The notes under the pieces: model-generated | The model's input: the letters and a program-made list of their open reading frames with translations, nothing else | The model's database searches: none | What the model was told of the DNA's origin: nothing | Made by a program: the position numbers and the translations under genes | In this document: one piece after another, positions 41,775-54,809 of the stretch | How the letters are laid out: each line of letters starts with the position of its first letter | Numbering within the stretch: the stretch's first letter is position 1 | Origin: the human T2T-CHM13v2.0 reference genome, Homo sapiens | Assembly (NCBI RefSeq): GCF_009914755.1 | Contig: NC_060925.1 | Direction: 5' to 3' (one strand) | DNA: 64,000 nt

Positions 41775-42552
41775 AGAACTACGTTACAATCTTCATGGGA
41801 CCTAGGTACTTTTGCCGTTGTGGGCCTCATCCTCCATTAAAGAAAACAGTGAAAATTGTTTTATGCCTGCTTTGGTATACAGACGAATACAGCTTTCCCT
41901 TGAACAATGCAGGGATTAGAGGCACTGACCTCCTTCACAGTCAGACATCCATGCATAACTTTTGACTTCCCAAACACTTACCTACTAATAGCTTTCTACT
42001 GTCTGGAAGCCTTACCAATAACATAGTTGATTAACATGTATTTCACATATATATGTATATATTGTGCCTTCTTACAATAAAGTAAGCTAGAGAAAAAAAT
42101 GTTACTAAGGGAAGCATAAGGAAGAGGAAATAGATTGACTCTTTATTAAGTGGAAGTGAATCATCATAAAGGTCTTTATCCTCATTGTCTTCATGTTGAA
42201 TTGGCTGAAGAAGAGCAGGAAGGGGAGGGATTGGTTTTTCTGTCTCAAAGGTAGTGGTTTGTCCGTGAGTTTTTTTTTAATTGTCTACAAGTTGAAAAAA
42301 AACTCCAAGAAATTTTCCAATATATTTACTGTAAAAAAAAAATCTCACATGTAACTGGACCTGTGCAGTTCAAACTTATGTTGTTCTAAGGTCAACTGTA
42401 TAATCCAGGCTGGGCTCATTATTACATACTTACTGTTATATTCATTTCAATTCTGATTAAAAAAGATAAAAATAAAAACCTTTTCATGGGTCCCTAAAAG
42501 TATCTTGGGCCCCTGGCATGTGCCTATAAGGTCTGATGGACAATCAGCTCCA
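41775..42552 (-). mobile_element. hAT MITE (MER96B-like) split by a Tigger2 insertion
   Basis: Left part ttcatgggacctaggtacttttgcc...agacgaata; right part tataatccaggctgg...tcatgggtccctaaaagtatcttgggcccctggca. Confidence 0.55.
41890..42398 (-). mobile_element. Tigger2-derived (Tigger2a/2b-like) TcMar element
   Basis: TIRs cagctttcccttgaacaa / ttgttctaaggtcaactg; TA on both sides. Confidence 0.88.
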
Positions 42553-43086
42553 CAAGAACCTCCCTACCCTGTAGGCCACTTTGGCATTTTTGGTAGACTG
42601 AATTTGAGTAAATGAAGATGAGATGAGGACAGGATGAAGAAAGTCAAAAATGGGAAGAGGAAGAAATGTAAAACATTCTATCTCAGTAAATATTTACTAA
42701 GGTTTTCCTAGGGGCTAAATTCTGGAACCACAAGGATAAGGGTAGCTCAATTCTTGGCCCAGGCATATTCCACTTTAATAAAAGAGATGACATAAGGACC
42801 TGGAAAATGATACATTAAGATAGGTGACAAAGGCCAAAAGGGAGAAAAGAGAATGAATCATTCGAGGAAGGAGAAGAGTCTACTTCCAGGATTGTTTGTT
42901 CATTTGCTTGTTGGTCTGTTCATTTATTTTACAAACATTTATTGAGTTGTAGGTCATGCGTGAGAGTTAGAAATGTGTATGAGAAGTGGTGTCTGCCTCA
43001 GAGAAGCACATAAGCTAGTGTAGGAGACAAATTATTTTAATGTGATGTGTTCAAGAAGGCTGCCTGGATGTGAAGTCTGGCTCTAG

Positions 43087-43297
43087 AGCAGATGTCTCGA
43101 CCTCAGCTCCATTGACATTTTGGGCCAGGTAGTTCTTTGCTGTGGGGTCTGTTCTGTGTGTTATAGGATGTTGAGCAGCATCTATGGCCTCTACTCACTA
43201 GATATCAGTGGTCCTTATCTTCACCTTCCAGTTGTGATAACCAAAAATGCCCATGGAAGGGTGAGGAAGGAGACCTGTCTTTGGTTAAGAACCATCG
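43087..43297 (-). mobile_element. MER20 MITE
   Basis: gacattttgggccaggtagttctttgctgtgggg...gagcagcatctatggcctctactcactagat...ggttaagaaccatc. Confidence 0.82.
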
Positions 43298-44322
43298 GTC
43301 TAGGATTGACTGTGTAACCCAGAGTAAGTTATTTAATTTGTAGGTGTCTCTGTTTCCTTATCTATAAAATAGGGACAAAATTAGACCTATTTCACAAGCT
43401 CATCACAAGTATTAAGTGAGTTGATGTGTGTAATAAACTCAGAATATTGACTGGCACATAATAAGTACTCAATAAATGTAAGTGGCAGCTGACATCATTG
43501 TTGCAGGGAAGGGCTCTGACACATGATTTAGAATAGACCCAGAGTCTGCACTGCATGAAGATGTGGGTGCATGATATATGTGTTGGGAAGCCTTGGGATA
43601 TAAGACACACGCATGTTGATTGGGTCTGTGAAGTCAGGGAAGGTTCCAGAAAGCTTTGATTGCCCAAGCCAGAAATCTTTCCCCTGAGTCAGGAGGTGGT
43701 AGGGATTATGAAGTTTTCTGAGCTGTGTTTAGCAGGGAGTGGAGGTTTCTCAGGCATCCATACAGGAAAGCCCTTCTCCCCACATTGGATCATCAGACAG
43801 GGGTTCAGCTAACAGTTCCCTGTAAACCTAAACTGTGCAGTGCTGTCGCTCCACAGAAGGTAGATTTTCAGTTCCTCTGCCAAGAACAGATGAGTCAGAG
43901 TGTGGGGAGCCTCCCTCTACCCTCTGGAATCTCTACTCTTCTAGTCCACAGAGCAAAGGAAAATGAATATTATTGTTTACAACAGAAAAATCAGCCTCCC
44001 GGATGTGTTCTGGACTTAATTTTGCAAAAGAGAATGTTAAATGTCTCAATGTCTGGGGGAAAAATGCTACCGAGCCTTTTATTTCCCCACCAGGGTCTTA
44101 ATCGTTCCCTTCACTGTCCAGTCTTTCTGCCCCATCAAGCTAGCCTACCCTCTACCCCCTCTTATCACCACCTTAATCTGAATTTCTAGTTTCTGCACTT
44201 TGCTCTGTGACTCATAATCTACCTCCTCCCTGGCTTCAAGATCCAGTTTTCCCAAAGCCTTTTCACCTAGGAGGCAACTCAGCTTCATGGAGCCTCAGCT
44301 TTGTGCCAGGCCTTTGCCCACC

Positions 44323-44794
44323 TGTGGTTGGCAGAATACTGTCCCTCAAAGATGTCCACCTCTTAATCTCCAGAAACTGTGAATATGCTACTTTACATGG
44401 CAGACGAGCTCCGCAGGTGTGATTAAATTATGAACCTTGAAATGAGGAGATTCTCCCAGATGGTTTGGTAGGATGATGTAATCACAAGGGTTCTTCCATG
44501 ATGAAGGCAGAAGGATTAGAGTCAAAGGAGATGTCACGATGGAAGCAGAGCTTGGAGGGATGTGGACCACAGGGCAAAGAGTGTGGATAAACTCTAGAAG
44601 TTGGAAAAAAGCATACAAACAGATTTCCCCTGGAGCTTCCAGAAGGGACCCAGCCCTGCTGACATCCTGATTTTAGCTCTGCAAGACTCATTTCAGGCTT
44701 TTGATCTCCAGAATTATAAGAGAATAAATCTATGTTGCTTTAAGCCACAAAGTTTGTGGTACTTTTGTTACAGCAGCAACAGAAAAGTAATACG
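44323..44794 (+). mobile_element. MLT1D-like MaLR solo LTR
   Basis: tgtggttggcagaat...ctcaaagatgtccac...gaataaatctatgttgctttaagccac...aatacg; TSD ccacc on both sides. Confidence 0.9.
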
Positions 44795-44901
44795 CCACCC
44801 TTATGTCACCGATAAGGAGACCGAAGTTCAGAGAGGTTCGGAGGTGGTTTGTTCATGATCACACAGCAGGTGAGACAGAATCAGAGACAGAACAGGTCTC
44901 A

Positions 44902-45245
<344 letters not shown>

Positions 45246-45281
45246 CTAAAGCTAGTTGCAGAAGGGAACTTGCATGTTTAA

Positions 45282-45602
<321 letters not shown>

Positions 45603-46669
45603 ATGTTTAGCATTTTTAGTAGTTTATGGACTAGAACTCCTTTCATTTGAGGATGTTTAGAATGTGGTCAAGGTCATGGCCTCACTTCATGTGTGGGCCA
45701 GTTATGTTTACTCTGTGTTAAGTGCCTGGTCTATGGTCCTGATCTGGCCAACCATTAAAGAGGAGGATGCATGCAATGCCTAACACATAGTAGGTGCTTA
45801 AGAAATGTGTATCGTTTCTCCATCCAGCAAATCCATAGTTCCTAAGGCCCCGATAGGAGAGCACAGATGAGCAGGCAGGATTCATCCTTATGTCTGGAAA
45901 GGCAACTCAAATAAATGCTAATGTGGGCCAGGCCACTGAGTGATTCTTCCAAAATGTATGCTTCATGAGGGCAAGGATGTTTTGCTGTTTTTATTTCTCT
46001 GCTGCATACTCAGTGCCTGGCACATAGTAGGTCTTCAATAGATATTTTCGGAAAAATTAATGTGACTAGAGTGCTGGACAAAGAGTATAATGAACAACAG
46101 TTCATGTTCCAGTTTCATCACTTGCTTGCCTTTGAGCAAGTCTCTTAGCTTCTCTTAGAAATTCAATGGAACTTCTCCATTGATAATGTGGAAAAGTTGT
46201 TATCCTTCTTGAACACTTTTTGGGGCTTGGGGACAAATCTGCCCCCTCCATGCCCAGGTGGGGATGTCACAGAGCCCATTGTCCTCCATATGCCCCACCT
46301 GTGTCTTAGCTCTCCCCTCCCTCCACCTTCCCCCACTATCCCATAGGTCCAACTGAGAAGCAAGGGACCAATTCCCATGGCTCTAGGGACTCCCACACAG
46401 ACCCCTTCTCTTCTTCCTCCTTCCTTCTTTACCTTTAGTCTGAGAGGAATTCTTTCCCTTCCAAGTTTCTTTAAGCCTCTCTGCTTCACCGCTGAATCTA
46501 CTAAGGACTTAAGTCTTTAAAAAAACAAAGCCAGGAAGACACATGGCTGCTTCCATTCTGTTCTCTGCTACTGGCCTCTCTAGGGCAGTGGGCATGGGAA
46601 AGGGAAAATATATAAAGAAGAAGAAAAAAACCCCTTAGATTAATATCTCCACATGACACCAAGTCACAT

Positions 46670-47130
46670 AACAAATCTTTAGTAAGTGCACACTGTGTCC
46701 TGGGCTATGTGCTCGATGCTGGCATGCAACAGTAAATAAGGGAGGTGCAGCCCTTGATATGACAATCTGGTGGATCAAAGCTACATGGATTCATTTATCT
46801 CAATAGTTCGGGAACTACTTAGGGTCTACAGAGGCAGCATTATGTAAAACAAATAAACTGTGGTGTATTTCAAGAAGAAGTGATTAGGGATGCCAAAATA
46901 AAGAACAGAAAGGGGAGGAGGGACCTAGTTTAGACAGGATGGTTGCAAAAGGTCTCTCTGAGATGATATTTAAGCTAATATTTGCAGGATGAAAAGGAAC
47001 CAGCATGCAATGAGAGGTGAACAGGACTTTCCAACCAGGATCAGCATGTGCAAAGGCTCTGAGGCAAGAAAGGTTTTGGCATATTCAAAGAACTGGGAGA
47101 AGCCTAAAGTTGGCAGCAGCATACGATGAG
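46670..47130 (-). mobile_element. L2 LINE fragment
   Basis: aacaaatctttagtaagtgcacactgtgtcc...ggtctctctgagatgatattt...cagcatgtgcaaaggctctgaggc. Confidence 0.7.
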
Positions 47131-47277
47131 GCTGGAATTATTGCTATGATGCTACCTCAGAGGACGGCTTTGTGATGAAGGAAGGACAGAATTTGCAATC
47201 TCTTTAACCTTCTGGGAATTTAGAATGAGGAGGTCGAGGGACTGTGGGTGAATGAGAATTATCTTCTTTTAACCTGG

Positions 47278-47860
47278 TGTTATTAGTCAGGGTTCTCCAG
47301 AGGGACAGACCAATAGGATATATGCATATATGAAAGGGAGTTTATAAGGGAGAATTGGCTCACACAATTACAAGGCAAAGTCCCCACAGTAGGTCACCTG
47401 TAAGCTGGGAAAGAGAGAAGCTGGTAGTGGCTCAGTCTGAGTCCAAAAGCCTCAAAACCAAGGAAGCTGACAGTGCAGCCTTTAGTCTGTGGCTGAAGGC
47501 CTGAGAGCCCCTGGCAAACCACTGGTGCAAGTCCCAGAGTCCAGAGGCCAAAGAACTTGGAGTCTGATGTCTAAGAACAAGAGGAGAAGAAAGAAATATC
47601 CAGCACAGGAAAAAGAAAGGAGCCAGAAGACCCAGTAAACAAGGTTATCTTACCTTCTGCCTACTTTGTTCTAGCCACGCTGACAGCTGATTGGATGGTG
47701 CCCACCCACATTAATGGTGGGTTTTCTTCTCCCAGTCCACGGACTCAAAAGTCAATCTCCTCTGGCAACACCCTTACAGACACACCCAGTAACTATACTT
47801 TACCAGCTATCTAGGCATCCTGCAATCCATTCAAGTTGACAACTAATATTAACCATCACA
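47278..47860 (-). mobile_element. MLT2A/B (HERVL) solo LTR
   Basis: tgttattagtcagggttctccagagggacaga...caagttgacaactaatattaaccatcaca. Confidence 0.92.
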
Positions 47861-48252
47861 TCTAGATATTCTAAGATACTGTGGTCCTTCTACCATGTGC
47901 TATCCACGATGCAAGGAACTCAGAAAAGGTTTGCTACAGGTGCTTGTGAAGCAGTATTTTAGGATTCCTTCAGGTCCAGGGTGCCTTAAGTGTTGTCTGT
48001 TTTTGGGGAAGCATCTCGTAACACTTTCTAAATCCCTTCATTGGGTCACAATGGCCTAGACTATTTCCCCTGCTTTCCTTTGATTTATTTGCAAAAGCCA
48101 GAACCTGTTCTGGAAGCCTATCCTCAAGTCAATACCTTTTATTCTTTCAGACACATTTGGTAGGCAAGTCTCTTTTAAGCTTCCTGCCTTCTCACCACTG
48201 TCTATTAAAAACAGTTTGGATTTCCATGATTGTGTAGTTCTTTTAAGAATGA

Positions 48253-48615
<363 letters not shown>

Positions 48616-48904
48616 CTAGAATAGTTTCCCATAATGATAAAGATGTCATTTAGGAATCATGTTATCAGAATGCACTTATTCAGATCAAGGTTTAATTCAA
48701 GGGTTTGTAGAGAGGGAACAGTTTCCCTCTGAATTTCCCTGAGGGCAGGGACAATGTCCCCTGACTTCTTTTCTTCTGCCTCACTGCCCTGGAGCAGCTT
48801 GAAGCATCTGTGACATCTGTGACAATGGTCCTGAGAGAACCTTCCATGAATGACTTGGGATAACTTCTGAGTGAGATTACAGCATGTCCTAAGACCATAT
48901 AAAT

Positions 48905-49034
48905 AAGCAACTCTGTAAGTTTGTATCCAAGCAGGACCCTTTTGGAAGTAGAACAAGGTGTTGTGAATAATTATCCTGGAATAGCAGGCAAAATCCAGGA
49001 CCATCTTGGGCAAATTGGGATGTTTGGTCACCCT
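48905..49034 (-). mobile_element. MER94-like hAT-Blackjack MITE
   Basis: tccaagcaggacccttttg...aataattatcc...gggcaaattgggatgtttggtcaccct. Confidence 0.65.
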
Positions 49035-49269
49035 CCATGTAAGTTACCCAAATCCTTGCCAGATGTTCCTAAGAACTCCTGCTGCCTGCAGTGGTGGATA
49101 GTGCCCTGGATTTGGAGACTGGAGACTTGGGGTCAAGACCCTTCTCCTCCCACACCAGCAGCGTGGCCTTTGACAAGTCAATGAGTTTCTCAAACTTTGT
49201 GTAAACTTTTCTCCTAGAGAAAAATCTAGAAGCACAATGGGTCCGAGAAGGGGAGGACCAGGGTGGGAG

Positions 49270-50110
49270 AGGAGATTAACTCTGTGAGTGTCCAGCAAAC
49301 GGGGGAGTATTCACAAAGGATAAGACTACAGGCAGTTATAAACCAGTGCTCACAGCCTGTGATAACAGTGGTTATAGTAGAGTGCTGTGGAAGGCAGAGG
49401 AGAGACCCCTATGTCACCTGGGGAGGGGAACAGGGAGGAGTAATGGGGAGGGAGGTGTTGAGGAAGACTTTCTGGAGAGTTAGTGACCTATAAACTAAGA
49501 ACTGAAGAATGAATAGGAGATTCCTGGGAAAAGGGTCAGAGAAGAGAAAAGAGGAAGTGCAAGACACAAGAAGGGGTAGAGAGGGCACAGGCCAGGCAGG
49601 CAGAAGAGAGCTTGGTATGTCTGAAGAGCTGCAAGTAGCTGCGGCATTGAATATGACCCCGTAGAACGTTCTAGAACAATATGTGGGAAAATGCTCAAAA
49701 AGAGGCAAGCAGACCCACATCCCAAAGGGCTTCAAATGCCTCATAAAGTAGGTTTGGATTTCACCCTGAGGGCAACAGGGAGCTTTGACATGTGTTCCTG
49801 TCCATCTTCCCCAACGGCAAAAGAAAATTCCACAGTGGCAGGAACTTGCCCATCTTTTTCATCACAGTACTCTTGTTAGCCCTGTGCTTGGTATACAGCA
49901 GGTGCTTACTAAATGTTTGTCTAAAGAATGAGTAGATTGAAGAGTATTAAGGAGGAAGCTTGCCTTTTAGATATATCACATCTGTGCGGAGTGGAGAATG
50001 GGTGTGAGAGTTGCGGACACAAAAAGAGAGAATTCGGAAGACTGTCGAGGTCACCAAGAGCTGGCCTAGTGCAGGGTGGAGCAAATGGACTTGCTTATGG
50101 ACTTGCTAAC
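49270..50110 (-). mobile_element. Fragmented L2 LINE, with a short + strand L2 end at ~49825-49930
   Basis: gagtgctgtggaagg...ggaagactttctggag...ggtttggatttcaccctgagggcaacagggagc. Confidence 0.55.
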
Positions 50111-51830
50111 TTAGGGGAGAAAAATGTGCCTTGTTGAAGTCTGGAATTCACATAATAAAGATTTGGGTGGTAATGGAGTTACTCTGCAAAAGTACCTTAT
50201 TCTTGGAAAGCACAGCAAACAGGAAGCGTGGTGCACCCTGGAGAGCTGTGCTATAGAAAGAGGAAGAATCAGAATAAGGAAAAATTCTATACCAGGACAC
50301 TTAGCCACCAAATAATAAGAAGATGTGCGGCTAACTACTTCAGGAATCATTCCTGAAGCATGAAACCCAGAGCGATTCAGGTTGAAACAGCATGTTTCTG
50401 AGTATGACAAAAACGACGGGACAGAGTCAAGAGGGAAGTGGTAACCGTTGTTCCTGGAGTTCCCAGATGGCCTGTCCTTCAGTTATTTTATACTTTGGTT
50501 AAAGGCTTAATAAGGAGAATCAGCCATCCTACTTGAGGCACTACACTGTGCAAAAGAGGGTTTTCAGTTTCCCACTGAGATCTTAAACTTAGGACTTTCT
50601 AAATGGCTTTGTTAGGGTCTTGTCTGATGGATGACGGTAAAACTTTGTTTATTCAGGCAAATGGGAAGCAAGACAAGTCTGAATTATTGCAAAAGGCTGT
50701 ATTGGGTAATTGTTTACAATAAATTGTAAACACAGCCATTTGTTCAGTAATCTATCAGATATCTATTGAGCACATACTAAATGATAGCCTGATGCTAGGA
50801 GCTGGGAATGAGGAAACAAAGTAGATACAACCTCTCTGCTGAGGAAGCTTCGAGTCTAGTGTGAAGGAGAATCAATAATCAAATGACCGTCCAAATCAAT
50901 CTTTAATTAAAAACTGATTCATGGTACAAAGGAACAGTTCAGGAAGATAGGACATCATCAAGCAGGGACATTTAATAGAATTTAGGGGTGGGGCAGTGTT
51001 CAGGGAAGGCAGCTTCAATGACATGGTATTTGAGCTGCCACATATGTGAACCCAGTTAATAGGCAGTGGAGGGTGAGCAATTAGAAGTCTGGCCACATCT
51101 GTCTCCATGAATAGATGAGACGTGGCTGGAAGCATAGGAATTATAAAATGCTTGAAAACATGTTTTGTTAAGCAAATTCAATATACACATATTTTACATC
51201 GTTGTTATTATTTTGCTTGGCTCAAGTTTCATTATCAATTCCAAATTACTGACATGTGAATTAATGGTGCTATATTTATTAACTCAGCCCTTTTATATTG
51301 AACTCTTGGTTACCTGCCATATATCAGCCATAGGACAAGCTGTGCAGACTTGCAGAGATGAATAAAACATTATTGATGCCCTATGGAAGACAGTGTCCTA
51401 ATCCAGCAGTTGTAATATACAACAGTATTTCCCAAAACTTGAATTGGTTGAGTACCCACTGAACACTATTTTCCATAACTAGAAAGTAAGTAACAATAAT
51501 TATAATGAAAAAGAAATACTGTGTAACTACCTTCCTAGCTAGCTGTGTTGCCTGTTAAGAGACTTTCAGCCCAAGGCATACTCTCCATTTATTCAAAATG
51601 GAGATCAAATATGTGAGCAAGAGAGGTGTTAAAGACCAGTGGGTGCCCAATTGAGTACCCAACAGATTCTTGTTATAATCAGGTTTGGAGGGTGATTCTT
51701 CTAACAGAATAGCTGACATCTGTAAAGTTTCAACTCTACAGAGTTGAAATTCCCAATATCACACCATCTATTCAGAAGTATTTAAAAGTACATTACGGTG
51801 GGACTTATATGGAGGTTTCAGGTAGGTCAG

Positions 51831-52119
51831 TGATATGGTTTGACTATGTGTCCACTCAAATCTCACCTGGAATTATAATAATCCCCATGTGTCAAGGGTG
51901 GGGCCAGGTGGAGATAATTGAATCATGGGGTAAGTTTTCCCCATACTGTTCTTGTGGTAGTGAATAAGTCTCATGAGATCTGATGATTTTATAAATGGGA
52001 GTTCCGCGGCATAGGCTCTCTTGCCTGCCATCATATAAGACGTCACTGCTCTTCCTTGTCTTCTGCCATGATTGTGAGGCCTCCCCAGCCATGTGGAACT
52101 GTGAATCTACGAAACCTCT
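51831..52119 (+). mobile_element. THE1C-like MaLR LTR lacking its 3' end
   Basis: tgatatggtttgac...gataattgaatcatgggg...ccatgattgtgaggcctccccagccatgtggaactgtga...aaacctct, then abruptly Alu sequence. Confidence 0.92.
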
Positions 52120-52327
52120 CTCTCGCCCAGGCTCGAGTGCAATGGTGTGATCTCGGCTCACTGCAACCTCCACCTCTTGGGTTCAAGCAATTCTCTGCCT
52201 CAGCCTCCCGAGTAGCTGGGATTACAGGCACCTGCCACTCTGCCTGGCTAATTCTTTTGTATTTTTAGTAGAGATGGGGTTTCACCTTCTTAGCCAGGCT
52301 GGTCTTGAACTCCTGACCTCATGATCC
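52120..52327 (-). mobile_element. Internal AluS fragment with no poly(A) tail, no 5' end and no TSD
   Basis: tctcgcccaggctcgagtgcaatgg...tcctgacctcatgatcc, followed by unique sequence. Confidence 0.92.
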
Positions 52328-53212
52328 CTTGGAAGTATATGCAGTAGCTCACAGAGCAGCAGAGTGTCTTCAACTACATGCTGCCCTTGTGTTTACATTG
52401 CCAGAAGAGAGCTCTGAGGGGCTCACCTCCTGACGAGGGGAGGCTGGGGGCTCTAAATTGACAGCGACATCAAGGCTTTTTGACCCAGGGGAAGACAGTA
52501 CATTTTGATTGGAAAACTGAAGTACCGTCACCAGAAAAGGCACGGTCAACCGGTGTCTACCTTAACCAGCAAACTCTGACCAGTCCGACACCAACCCAGG
52601 TCACTCTGCTGCAGCCTCTCAGACTTGGGGAAGATGGACCCCTGCTTGGAGCCCATGCTGTAGAGGGGCTCACTAAGCTGAACCACCAAAACATAGACTT
52701 GGCTTGTTTGTTTGTTGCTTTGTTATTGTAAGGAAGCGTTTTTTGATGTTTAGCACCCATTTGAGCTGATGGGCATTGTGAAAAGGAGGCGGGAAAGCTG
52801 GATGGGACTTCCTGGGCCAGAGGGTGTGCGCCTGAGAGCACGAGGGTGGGGGTGGGCGAGGAAACAGTCAGAGGCCCTGCCTGGCAAACATGGACAATGC
52901 TGGTGCTTTTGTGTAAGGTTGACTGCCCTGCGGACGCTCAGGTGACTGTGCTTCTCCCTCCCCGCTGCTCGGTGGTGGAGTTTGGGAAGTGGACATCCTG
53001 AGTCAGTGGAGGGGAACCTGCATATCCTGGGGCTTGTCCAGGCCAGTCCCCACCCAAGGTCCAGTTGCCCCCAGGAGTCTTGTCCCGGCAAATGCTTACT
53101 ACTACTCAGGCCACCAGCGGCCAGTAAGCGGAAAACATGTGTCCTTTAGCCTCCTGGTCAAGAGGCTGGGTTTTGGGGAACAGGCTTTGGGGCCCTGGGT
53201 ATATCTAGATGG

Positions 53213-53292
53213 TAACTTTTAAATATTTAAATGTGGGTATGTGGGGCTCTGTTTGTACTCTTGTTCTAGGTTGTGCAAATGTTATGGGGAGA
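53213..53292 (-). mobile_element. MER115/Zaphod-like terminal fragment
   Basis: Reverse complement resembles the element end at 62225-62290 (taacatttgc...agtacaaa...cccaca...taaatat). Confidence 0.55.
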
Positions 53293-53962
53293 CCTCTGAC
53301 AACACAACACCTTGGGTAGAATTTCATCCAATGTTGCAAAGCTCTCAGGAGGGGAATCTGTTCCGGCTTGCCTTCCGCATTGATAACATGATAAAGCTCA
53401 TTCAGGTCACATGGACGGTGAAGGAACAGAGGAGTTTTGGAGGAAATGGGCTGGGGTGAATTTTGCTGGCATAGTTCCAAAACCTTAGAACAGAAAGCAT
53501 AAAGCTTTCACGGTAACACACACATGAAAACAAGACAAGAACAGAAAGAACAAACACTGTGTTAGGGTAAAAGAGGCTAATGCATTTTGAAACAGGCCCT
53601 GCCAAAAAGCTCGCTCACCTTTGAAAGCTAAAAGCATAATTTGAATCTTTTGTTTTTCTTTTCCTATATTTCTAAGCACGCATAAGCTACCCACTCTTAA
53701 ACTCGAAAATCTTGGGCCAAATCAGAAATGCATTTAAAAAAAAAAAAAAAAGCTCCCAAAGGAAAACTGCTTCAAACAGCACATAAGAGTAAATGTCTGA
53801 TCTTCCAATTACTCCAGCAGGTTCCAATCCAGGCATCTAATCCACACGCCTCTGAACTTGTTCCAATCGATATGCAAGGGGCGGGCCTGGCATTTTCCTC
53901 TCCGTGTGCATCTTTGTTGTGAATAAGCTAGTGACTGATCTCAAAGCAGAAAGGGAAAGGAG

Positions 53963-54569
53963 CTTTGGTTTCTTTCTTTTTAGAATTATATTGAATATAT
54001 ATATAGGGTACAAGTGGTTTTGGCTACATGGATGAATTGTATAAAATTCATGAATTGTATAAAATCTGCCATTTTAGTGCATCTGTCACCCGAGTAGTAT
54101 ACATTGTATCCAATATGTAGTTTTTGTTTTGTTTTGTCTTTAATCCCTTATCTTCCTCCTGGCTTCTGAATCTCTGCTGTCCATTATACCACTCCGTATG
54201 CCTTTGCTACCCAGCTTAGGTCCTACTTATAAGTGAGAATATACAGTATTTGGTTTTCCATTCTTGAGTTACTTCACTTAGAATAATGGCCTCCAGCTAC
54301 CTCCAAGTTGCTGCAAACATCATTATTTCATCCTCTTTATGGCTGAGTAGTATTCTATGATGTATATTTTCTTTATCCACTCATCAGTTTGTGGGCCCTT
54401 AGGTTGGTTCCATATCTTTGCAATTGTGAATTGTTCTGTGATAAACATACCTGTGCAGGTGTCTTTTGGATATAATGACTTCTTTTCCTTTGGGTGAATA
54501 CTAAGTGGTGGGATTGCCGGATCGAACGGTAGATCTACCTTTGGTTCTTTGAGAAATCTCCACACCATT
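53963..54569 (-). mobile_element. L1PB1-like LINE-1 3' fragment
   Basis: gggtacaagtggttttggctacatggatgaattgtata...tcacccgagtagt...; 10-bp TSD gggaaaggag at 53953-53962 and 54570-54579. Confidence 0.88.
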
Positions 54570-54809
54570 GGGAAAGGAGAATTCAATCTCCTTGAATCTG
54601 AATTCCTGTTGAATCTCGTTCTCACTTCTTGGGGTAGAGGGTTGGTTAGTGTCTTTCACTCTATGATGACGGGACATGACTTCCCTCTTCTAGGCAGGAG
54701 AACAATCTGTTCATTTTATGGTTAGAACATGCTTTTGGTCCCTTAACTACCAGAGAAAACCCTCAGTTGTATAAGGGATCACAGCTGTGGTCCATTTGCC
54801 CTGAAGTTG

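Noticed and set aside
50180-50520. Possible L3/CR1 reverse-transcriptase remnant
   Set aside because: Only a faint resemblance to the GVPQGSVL region and the order of blocks is inconsistent; it cannot be supported without an HMM search.
54032-54066. Short tandem duplications (here in L1PB1; also 1044-1088, 10814-10833, 31447-31490)
   Set aside because: Ordinary slippage products with no sign of function.
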